A stretch of DNA of 64,000 nucleotides from an uncultured Actinomycetota bacterium (GTDB lineage Bacteria; Actinomycetota; Actinomycetes; UBA12327). The stretch covers positions 143,588 through 207,587 of the forward strand of contig CAWKKI010000004.1 in the NCBI GenBank assembly GCA_963850215.1, given 5' to 3'. Made by a program: the position numbers and the translations under genes. The notes under the pieces are model-generated. The model made no database searches. It was not told the DNA's origin and saw only the letters and a list, made by a program, of their open reading frames with translations. Below are positions 46,008 through 55,880 of the stretch, piece after piece; the first letter of the stretch is position 1; each line of letters opens with the position of its first letter.

Positions 46008-46416
46008 TCGTCTTGCCGTTGCCGTTGGTCACGACGTCGACTGACGTTGCCAACGAACGCACGATCAATAGCCCCCGTCCGTCCTCTGCTAAAGCGTCGG
46101 CACCTGCGGCCATATCCGGATAGCGCAACGCAGGCTCGATATCGAACGGGCCGTCGCCCGCATCCGTGACGCTGACGCGGACGCCGTCGTACTCCATTGA
46201 CACCTCGAACGCCTGTACACCGCCTGCATGCCGCGCAGCGTTGATGACGAGCTCATTGGCAACGAGCAAGGTACGTCGGACGAGATCCGCGGACGCACGA
46301 TTGGCGAGCAGGAAGTCACGAGTGCGCAATCGCAACTGGGCCACGAGCGCATCCGAGGTCTGGTCAGCCGTGGTCGAGTCAACCGACCACGCGAACGTCT
46401 CCGTCAAAGCCGACAC
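45982..46416 (-). CDS. ATP-binding anti-sigma regulatory factor / Ser kinase (HATPase_c-like)
   Basis: LVANELVINAARHAGG and EDGRGLLIVRSL are present. A GTG start at 46416 or 46431 is preferred, because the candidate promoter at 46477..46502 lies inside the longest ORF. Confidence 0.7.
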   Translation of the reverse strand: MSALTETFAWSVDSTTADQTSDALVAQLRLRTRDFLLANRASADLVRRTLLVANELVINAARHAGGVQAFEVSMEYDGVRVSVTDAGDGPFDIEPALRYPDMAAGADALAEDGRGLLIVRSLATSVDVVTNGNGKTISTVVPLQ

Positions 46417-46476
46417 CTTGAACCCAGACACTTCCTGCCCTCGGCAGCCGGGCAGTCGCCCGTCCGTGCAAAGCGA

Positions 46477-46502
46477 GTACCCCTCAGACAAGCGTGTCAT
46501 AC
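46477..46502 (-). promoter_or_regulatory. candidate SigF/SigB-class promoter (GTAT-N16-GGGTAC) for the kinase gene
   Basis: Plus strand reads GTACCCctcagacaagcgtgtcATAC, the reverse complement of the motif. Confidence 0.5.
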
Positions 46503-46625
46503 CGGGACGGATATATGGCCCTCCAAAACGCGAGGTTGACCGGGCCCGGATGTATAGCCCTGCGAGAAAGGGGCAATCAGTTGGCGTCCGATGATGATCC
46601 CTTGATAGTGAAGGATGCCGTCGAA

Positions 46626-46820
46626 ATGGCTGACGATCTCAAGCACAAAGCCGAGGAAATGAAGGGCCGTGCAAAGGAAGCTGCCGGTGATCTCACCGAC
46701 AACGACGACCTCAAGCACGAAGGAAAAGGTGACGAGGTGGCCGCCAAGGTCAAGCAGGCGGGCGACTCGGTGAGCGACAAGGTCGACGAAGCCGTCGACA
46801 AGATCCACGGAACGAACTGA
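46626..46820 (+). CDS. CsbD family general stress protein
   Basis: Product is MADDLKHKAEEMKGRAKEAAGDLTDNDDLKHEGKGDEVAAKVKQAGDSVSDKV.... Confidence 0.8.
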   Translation: MADDLKHKAEEMKGRAKEAAGDLTDNDDLKHEGKGDEVAAKVKQAGDSVSDKVDEAVDKIHGTN

Positions 46821-46827
46821 GGTCAGC

Positions 46828-47694
46828 GTGACCCGGCACGCGCGAATCTCAGTCGTAGCGCCCCATCGCCCCGACCCCGTCACGCGCGACCGGGCCAACG
46901 AGCTCGGTCGGTTGCTCGACGGGGCGGGGCTGGCGGCGAACGCCACGTCAGCACCGGCTGTCGTACACCTGATGGGGCATGCATTCATGCCCGCATCAGG
47001 CGTTGCAACAATCCGCGAGCTCGCCGAGGGTGGGACGCCCGACGCCTCGGACTCCGCCGTGATCGCAGAGACGCACCACGCAGCGGCGATACACCGCAGT
47101 TCCGGCGAACCCCCGATCCCGGTCGTGATCATGCCGCCGGCCGCGACGGTGTCTGAGTTTTCACTCCATCGTCCCGATGCGGCGCAGTTCCAGGTCGCCG
47201 TGGTTGCCGATACGCCAAGCAGCGGGCTGGAGTTGGCTCAACGGATCGCACGGGCTACGGCCGGATGCGGCCCGACCGGCGCACGCGTACGCGTGATCCT
47301 GCCCTGGTGTCGCGACGAGGTCCCCGGGTACGGCCCGATCGTCCGGCCTCGCTCGCTCGCCCACCGCAAACAGTTGTGGGCGCAGCATCGCGTCGTGCTC
47401 TACTCGCCGGCGATGTCGCACAGCGGACGCGTGGTGACCGAGTTGCTGGCGTCAGGCTGCGCGATCGTTGCACCGTCGTGGCCCGAGATCCGCGAGGTAC
47501 TGCAGGACAAGAGCACAGCCCGGCTCTACCACCCAGCCAACGTGGTGGCCGGGGTCAGGATGGTCGCGGAGCTTGTAAACGACGAACAAGCGGCGGCTCG
47601 CCTTGGTGAACAGGCACGCGAGTATGCCGTCGAACGACTCGACTGGAGCCGTGTGCTACCGCGCTTACTTGCTACCTACGACATGGCGGCGTGA
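46828..47694 (+). CDS. glycosyltransferase-like protein (GT-B C-terminal half recognisable)
   Basis: The C-terminus SGRVVTELLASGCAIVAPSWPEIREVL...ARLGEQAREYAVERLDW resembles GT1/GT4. The N-terminal half is short. Confidence 0.5.
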   Translation: MTRHARISVVAPHRPDPVTRDRANELGRLLDGAGLAANATSAPAVVHLMGHAFMPASGVATIRELAEGGTPDASDSAVIAETHHAAAIHRSSGEPPIPVVIMPPAATVSEFSLHRPDAAQFQVAVVADTPSSGLELAQRIARATAGCGPTGARVRVILPWCRDEVPGYGPIVRPRSLAHRKQLWAQHRVVLYSPAMSHSGRVVTELLASGCAIVAPSWPEIREVLQDKSTARLYHPANVVAGVRMVAELVNDEQAAARLGEQAREYAVERLDWSRVLPRLLATYDMAA

Positions 47695-47704
47695 GTCAGC
47701 GCGT

Positions 47705-49052
47705 TCAGAATGAACGAACGACCGAGGTCAACCCGGTGGCAACCGTCCGGCGGCTCAGCACGCCGCCGCGGTTGTTGCCGGGGTACACGACCACCGCGCC
47801 AGTCGAGCTGACGGCAACGAGATCGTTGACGAAGTCACTCGTCCAGTCGCCGGCAACTGCGACGGCTGAGTAACCCTTCCATCCGGAGCCAATCGGTCGG
47901 GCGCCCGAGACCCGCCCTGTGCCCGTTCCTGCGGAGAACCAGAGTCGCCCGTCCGGCCGGATCAGGAGGACGTCGCCTACATGATCACCATTCCAGTCCG
48001 TGGCGCCGATGAGGCGGGTGGTGGTCGAGCCGAAGCCGGATCCAGCCAGCACTCGACCGGCCAGGAAGCCACCCGAACCGTTCCCGCGATACACCCACAA
48101 CTTGCCGCTCTTGTCGCGCGCCGCGATGTCTGGGTGTCCGTCGTGGTTCATGTCGCCGACTGCCAGAAGCGAATTGAGGTTCCCCCAACCCGAACTGATC
48201 TGTCGTCCCGCGCCAAGTCGGCCGGAGCCGTCGAGTGGGTAGGCCCACAACGTGCCGTTCGTCTTTGTGGCGAGCACGGCCGGGAAGGTAGCCCCGAACC
48301 AGTTGTCGACGACCGTGGTCTGCACAAACTCACCCGCGCCCGCGAAAAGCTCAACCGGTTTCAAGCTTGAGCTGTATCCAGTGCCGGGCAACTCCCAGAG
48401 GGTGTGGTCGGACTTCACGACCAAGAGATCTCCGTGACCGTCGCCTGACGTGTCATGCGCACCCTCGGTCACACCCTTGTACCGATACGGGATGTAGTGG
48501 TGTGCGACGAGATAGGCCAGCGTGACGCTGTCCTCGTGCGCCACGGTCCCGGTGTGTGACTCCTCGTCGACCACTGCGGTGGTGTGCGTCTGATCGGTCC
48601 AACGCAAGAAGAGCATCACGTGCCCTTCCTGAATGGTGTCGATCGCGTCACCCGCGCGCAGGAAGTTGAAAGCTCGAAAGTCGCAACGCGATTTGCGGCA
48701 ACGTCCAGGTCACGTAACTCGTTGGCAACGCCCAGGCCATCGAGACATATCCGGAGCAGTCGGTTCGGTAACTCCCGTAGGCGTCGCTGTGCCAGCGACT
48801 CTCGCTATAGGGAACCTGCTCCTTGATCCATGCCTGCGCGCGCCCAACGATGTAGGGACGCGTCAACGTCCGCAAAGAGACTGCGGCAACGGCCGTAGTC
48901 GAAGCAACTGCGGTTGCATCGGAAGCGCGCAATGCCTGTGACTGATTCGGTCCAGCTGTATCGGCATCGGCAACAGCGGGCAGCGACACTAAAAGTGCAA
49001 CAGCGGCGACGAATGCAATAACAATGCGCGTGCGCAGTGGGGGCGGCTTCAC
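47705..49052 (-). pseudogene. secreted NlpC/P60-like domain fused to FG-GAP/VCBS repeats, frameshift near 48690
   Basis: Signal peptide is followed by YRTDCSGYVSMAW (Cys motif), and that frame stops at 48648. An overlapping frame continues FNFLRAGDAIDTIQEGHVMLFLRW (His motif). Three GD(M/W)N/T.DG..D repeats follow. Total length is 3n+1. Confidence 0.65.
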
Positions 49053-49094
49053 ACGACGACGCTAACGACGATTCCCAAGATGTCTAGGCGGTGT

Positions 49095-49532
49095 CTAGGT
49101 GATGGGATTGCCCAGCGCGTCCCCAGACTCGAGGTTTACCAAGCGCACCTCACCTCGTGAGACGAGGCGACCGTCTCCATCGAAGACATCCACTTGCCAC
49201 AACTGTTGGGTGCGCCCACGATGCACCGGCACCGCACGAGTCTTCAATATGCCCTCACGCGTCGCGCGAATGAAGTTGGTGTGATTCGCGACGCCGACCA
49301 CGTCGCCGCGCTCACCCCACCACGCGCTGGCGCCGAGGCTTGCCGCCGTTTCAATCAACGAGCAGTAGACGCCCCCATGCACGAGACCGAATGGCTGCCA
49401 CAACGCTTGCGTTATGGGGCATGACAACTCGACCAAGTCCGGCGTCAACGTTTCCAACTCGACGCCTAGCAGGCCAATCAGGCCACGTCCGAACCCCTGC
49501 TGCGCCGCCGCGGATGTCTCGCTCACGAGCAC
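49095..49532 (-). CDS. PaaI-family hotdog-fold thioesterase
   Basis: FGLVHGGVYCSLIETAAS and the LWQVDV strand pattern are present. Confidence 0.8.
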   Translation of the reverse strand: MLVSETSAAAQQGFGRGLIGLLGVELETLTPDLVELSCPITQALWQPFGLVHGGVYCSLIETAASLGASAWWGERGDVVGVANHTNFIRATREGILKTRAVPVHRGRTQQLWQVDVFDGDGRLVSRGEVRLVNLESGDALGNPIT

Positions 49533-49573
49533 TCACCTCACTGATCACCGTTGATCAATGCAGCATGCAGCAC

Positions 49574-49617
49574 AACGGCCGCGCAAGGCGAGAACTCGCT
49601 CGCCCGACGCGGCCGTT
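49574..49617 (-). terminator. long hairpin after the NlpC/P60 gene (no U tract)
   Basis: AACGGCCGCG ... CGCGGCCGTT 10-bp stem with an inner GGCGAG/CTCGCC stem. Confidence 0.45.
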
Positions 49618-49656
49618 GAACCTATGAGCTGTTGAGCCGTCCGAATGCTGCTTCGA

Positions 49657-50217
49657 TCAGATGACGCGACCGAAGGTCACCCTGCCGGAGACGCGCGTCT
49701 TCTTGATGCGCGTTCCAGGGTGCTCGGCCTGCCAGACCCGACCGCCACCTGCGTAGATCGCCACGTGATACACGTGGCCGCTACGTGAGTGGTAGAAGAC
49801 AAGGTCGCCGGCGCGTGCCGATCGCCTCGAGATCTTGTGCACGCGGTGGTACTGCGCGGCCGCGTTGTGCGGCAAGTGAGCGCCGAGCGCCTTGTGCATG
49901 ACGTACATGACGTAGCCACTGCAATCGAACGCGCGAGGTCCACTGGCGCCGTAGCGGTACGGACGCCCCTTGAGCGACGCGGCCACCCGAATGACCTTCG
50001 CCGACTTGGCGGCGAAGACACGCGCAGCGAGCGCCTTAGCGGACAGTTTGGGAGCGACGGTTGCCGGACGAGCCGCTGCAGTCACATGCACCGAAGCCGG
50101 TGCTGCGGCCGCGACGGTTACGGCCTGTGCCGACGTCGACACCCCGAGTGGGAGGAGAAATGCGCCCGCCACGGCCACAGAGGCCGCGCCGATGCGCACA
50201 CGGGTAGAAAAAGACAT
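49657..50217 (-). CDS. C40 (NlpC/P60) peptidoglycan endopeptidase
   Basis: Signal peptide, then GRPYRYGASGPRAFDCSGYVMYV and GHVYHVAIY motifs. Confidence 0.85.
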   Translation of the reverse strand: MSFSTRVRIGAASVAVAGAFLLPLGVSTSAQAVTVAAAAPASVHVTAAARPATVAPKLSAKALAARVFAAKSAKVIRVAASLKGRPYRYGASGPRAFDCSGYVMYVMHKALGAHLPHNAAAQYHRVHKISRRSARAGDLVFYHSRSGHVYHVAIYAGGGRVWQAEHPGTRIKKTRVSGRVTFGRVI

Positions 50218-50227
50218 AAGTAAGCCC

Positions 50228-50440
50228 TCTCCGACGCCTGCGAGGTGAGCTGTCGGGTTCGGACCGGAGAGTGGCCCGGCCGCCCGAACGCACTGCGTTC
50301 GGATGGCTTCACCCCAAGGCCGCGATCACGCTGCGACCGGGAAAGTGGTTCCCCCGTCCCTGCCTGGGCTTTGGGACTGTTCGGTGCCTGGCAGGGCTCG
50401 GCGTCGGCACCAAACACCCCCGCACGTTCGTGCGAGGGCC
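50228..50440 (-). promoter_or_regulatory. ydaO/yuaA-type cyclic-di-AMP riboswitch in the 5' leader of the NlpC/P60 gene (boundaries approximate)
   Basis: Minus strand contains ACGGGGGAACCA, GGGGUGAAGCC and the 3' block CCGAACCCGACAGCUCACCUCGCAGGCGUCGGAGAGGG, which runs into the RBS and ATG. Confidence 0.75.
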
Positions 50441-50664
50441 GGATTGAGGGTAAGCAGACGAACCGGCCAGAACCAAAGCTGATTGGGCTGGTTAGGCGTG
50501 CCGTGTGGCCAGTGTCACAACCAGCGAAACGCCGTTCCAATCCAGTGCGAACCCCGTATGCACAGTGCATCGTTCCCCGACGGGTGTGGGCTTAAGCCCG
50601 GTCAAGGGTCATTCACCCAGACCGACGATCGCCTGATCCCGGGTCTCCAAGATCGACGCCGTGC

Positions 50665-51354
50665 CTAATCTCCAAGATCAACGAAGACGTGGGAGGCCTC
50701 CTCAAGCGGCAACTCCGCGTACTCCCCCGCGCTGCCCATCTGCACGCCGCTCGCCGTGCGGGAGATCTTGACCGAGGCGCCAGGCACCACACCGGCGCGG
50801 CGCAACGCGGCCATGATGTGCGGCTGATCTTGAACGGGTTCGGCAATCCTGCGAACGGTCACCCGCACCACAGCGTCGTCAACGACGGTGTCAGCGCCGA
50901 CCAGGTGGTCGTCATGACCCTCGCTTTCGCCGCGAGCACCGAGTTCGTTGAGACCTGGGATCGGATTTCCGTATGGACTGACGGTCGGGCGGCCCATCTT
51001 GTCGAGCATCCGCCGCTCGACCTCGTCGCTCATCACATGCTCCCAGCGACACGCCTCCGCGTGCACGTCCTCCCACGGCAGCTCAAGGACATCGGAGAGC
51101 CAGCGCTCCGCGATTCGGTGCTTGCGCATAACTCGCACAGCCATCGCGTGACCCTTGGGTGTCAGCTCGACGTGTCTGTCGCCCTCGACCGTGAGCAACC
51201 CGTCCCGCTCCATCCGAGCGACCGTCTGACTTACCGTTGGTCCGCTCTGATCGAGACGTTCCGCAATTCGCGCGCGCAACGGGCGCACGCCCTCCTCCTC
51301 AAGTTCGTAGAGGGTGCGCAGGTACATCTCTGTGGTGTCGATGAGGCCGTCCAC
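50665..51354 (-). CDS. ideR: iron-dependent repressor, DtxR/IdeR family with SH3-like C-domain
   Basis: N-terminus is TTEMYLRTLYELEEEG. The metal-ligand pattern HRIAER...HAEACRWEH includes the Cys102-equivalent. Confidence 0.88.
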   Translation of the reverse strand: MDGLIDTTEMYLRTLYELEEEGVRPLRARIAERLDQSGPTVSQTVARMERDGLLTVEGDRHVELTPKGHAMAVRVMRKHRIAERWLSDVLELPWEDVHAEACRWEHVMSDEVERRMLDKMGRPTVSPYGNPIPGLNELGARGESEGHDDHLVGADTVVDDAVVRVTVRRIAEPVQDQPHIMAALRRAGVVPGASVKISRTASGVQMGSAGEYAELPLEEASHVFVDLGD

Positions 51355-51387
51355 GCCCTCAGTCTTTCAAGTGGACGAGGAAATGCG

Positions 51388-52641
51388 CTACGGCACAGGG
51401 TGTCGAGAGTCGTACGCCAAGAAGCCACGCCAACGAGCGACGAGCAGCAGCACGCCAACAATGCAGATGATTCCGCCGGATACGACAGCGAACTGCGGAC
51501 TGGTCCAGGTCGCGACGGTCCCCGCACGAAGATCACCCAACAGGGGGCCGCCCGCGACGACGGCGATCATGATCCCTTGCAGGCGCCCGCGCAGTTCGTC
51601 GGGAGTCGCGGTTTGCAGGATCGAGCTCCGGAACACTGCAGACACCATGTCCGCACCGCCTGCGATCGCGAGCATGAGAAAGCCGAGCCAGAGCGCACCC
51701 TTGGAGAAACCGAACGCCGTGATCGCGGCACCCCACACCATGATTGCCCAAATCACTGCCCGACCATGGTGGTGGATGCGGCCAAGCCAACCGGATCCGA
51801 GCGCGGCAACGAGGGCACCGATCGCAGTGGCCGCCGACAGGATCCCGACCGTAAGCGAGCCACCAGCGAAGAAGGCCACGGCGAGGGCGGGATAGAGCGC
51901 CCGTTGCATGCCGAAGACCATTGCAACGATGTCGACCAAGAAAGTCATGAACAGATTCGACCGGCCACGCAGGTAGTTCAGACCCGTAAGGATCGAGCGG
52001 ACGCCAGCCTTCTGCACCGTGCCTTCCGGCATGATCACCGGCAGTCGCCAGGTCGCATAGAGGACGGCGAGATACGAGATTGCGTCGACGAGGTAGACCG
52101 ATCCGTAACCCCACCAGTGCACGAACAGACCAGCAAGAACCGGGCCGACGGTGAAGCCGATGCTGAACGAGATCTGACCCAAGGCGTTCGCGGCGGGAAG
52201 TAGGTCGGTGCCGACCAAACGCGGAATCACGGACTGCCGAGTCGGGGCGCTGATGGCCGAAACGAACGCCTGCACGGCCACGACGACGTAAAGCAGCCAC
52301 ACGGCGCGCAGCTCGGCCAGCTCGTGAATCCAGAGCAAGGTCGAGAGCACGGTGAGGATGAAGATCGTGACCAGCATGATGCGGCGGCGATCGCCGCTGT
52401 CGGCGAGCGAACCTCCGTACAGACCGCCCGCGATAAGTGGGATCAAAGCGAAGGCACCCAGCAGCCCCACAGCAAACGACGAGTGGGTGTAGGCAAAGAC
52501 TTGGATGCCGAGCGCGACCGTCGTCATGTTCGTGCCGATCTGCGACACGACTTGGCCGAACCACAGCCGACGGAAGTTCGCCGATCGTCTTAGTGGGGTG
52601 GTGTCTGCTGCAATCCGGCGCACGCGACCAGCCACGCTCAC
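51388..52641 (-). CDS. MFS transporter (EntS/enterobactin-exporter-like)
   Basis: FRRLWFGQVVSQIG is present with a 12-TM profile. The GTG at 52641 forms a GTGA overlap with the pdxH stop. Confidence 0.8.
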   Translation of the reverse strand: MSVAGRVRRIAADTTPLRRSANFRRLWFGQVVSQIGTNMTTVALGIQVFAYTHSSFAVGLLGAFALIPLIAGGLYGGSLADSGDRRRIMLVTIFILTVLSTLLWIHELAELRAVWLLYVVVAVQAFVSAISAPTRQSVIPRLVGTDLLPAANALGQISFSIGFTVGPVLAGLFVHWWGYGSVYLVDAISYLAVLYATWRLPVIMPEGTVQKAGVRSILTGLNYLRGRSNLFMTFLVDIVAMVFGMQRALYPALAVAFFAGGSLTVGILSAATAIGALVAALGSGWLGRIHHHGRAVIWAIMVWGAAITAFGFSKGALWLGFLMLAIAGGADMVSAVFRSSILQTATPDELRGRLQGIMIAVVAGGPLLGDLRAGTVATWTSPQFAVVSGGIICIVGVLLLVARWRGFLAYDSRHPVP

Positions 52642-53306
52642 GGAGCGAGCCGATCGATGACCCACCCCGTGTCATCCGGATTCGAGGTGGCACGCGAGTA
52701 ACGAATGCGGTCGTGCAGCCGACCCGTCCGGCCCTGCCAGAACTCGACGGTCAGCGGCGAGACACGAAAGCCGCCCCAGAAGTCAGGGGTGGGGATCGGT
52801 GTCGGATAAGGCCATCGTTGGGTCAGCTCAGTCATGCGGACGTCGAGCTCTTCGCGACCGGCAATGACCGACGACTGGTGACTGACCCACGCGCCGATCT
52901 GCGAGTCGCGAGGGCGGGTGCGGAAGTACGCGTCGGACTCCTCCTGGCTGACCTTGCTGACAGCACCCGTGATGAGGACCTGTCGCTCCAAGGGGTACCA
53001 AGGGAACAGCAAGGACGCCCGTGGGTTGTCGGCGACCGCTCGGGCCTTGCGCGAGGTGTAGTTCGTGAAGAAGACGAAGCCCCTGGCATCGAGGCTCCGC
53101 AGCAGGACCGTCCGCGAGGTGGGCAGGCCATCGGCGTCGCTCGTCCCGAGAACCATTGCGTAGGGCTCGGTGATGACATCGGCGTGTCCAGCCGCTGAGG
53201 CATCAACGAGCCAGGCCTCAAACTGCTCGAAGGGGTTGGCCGCGATCCCTGCCTCATCGAGAGAGCCCTTGTCGTACGCGCGACGGAACGCCCCCGGATC
53301 CTCCAT
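52638..53306 (-). CDS. pdxH: pyridoxamine 5'-phosphate oxidase
   Basis: RTVLLR, FFTNYTSRK and EFWQGR..RLHDR motifs are present. Confidence 0.9.
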   Translation of the reverse strand: MEDPGAFRRAYDKGSLDEAGIAANPFEQFEAWLVDASAAGHADVITEPYAMVLGTSDADGLPTSRTVLLRSLDARGFVFFTNYTSRKARAVADNPRASLLFPWYPLERQVLITGAVSKVSQEESDAYFRTRPRDSQIGAWVSHQSSVIAGREELDVRMTELTQRWPYPTPIPTPDFWGGFRVSPLTVEFWQGRTGRLHDRIRYSRATSNPDDTGWVIDRLAP

Positions 53307-53489
53307 TCGTGGTTTGTAGCACGGGTCCCGCGCATCTCAGGGGCTGGACCCGCGGACCGAGCACCGCCGCGGACAGGGTTGAATGTGGACGGAGCCAGAC
53401 CGGCTCCCACGCCCAGCGCCGCTGCCCTTTCGGTCCAGACGACGCACCGCTTTCCGCGCCACAAGCGCCTTGTTCTGCTGGGAGTTCGG

Positions 53490-55797
<2,308 letters not shown>

Positions 55798-55809
55798 CGG
55801 CCTCACTGT

Positions 55810-55829
55810 GCTCGGCGCCCCAGCCGAGC
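55810..55829 (+). terminator. short GC hairpin after serC
   Basis: GCTCGGC gcccca GCCGAGC, with no U tract. Confidence 0.3.
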
Positions 55830-55880
55830 GAGCGATAGGGTCGCAAACCTGATAGAAGTCACTCGGCGAAGGGCACCCCA

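Noticed and set aside
49074-49097. TGTCTAGG repeated twice between the thioesterase gene and the NlpC/FG-GAP gene
   Set aside because: An 8-nt repeat overlapping a stop codon is too short to separate from chance.
50644-50679. 11-nt direct repeat TCTCCAAGATC spanning the ideR stop
   Set aside because: It is short, occurs only twice, and is compatible with a small local duplication. No functional inference is possible.
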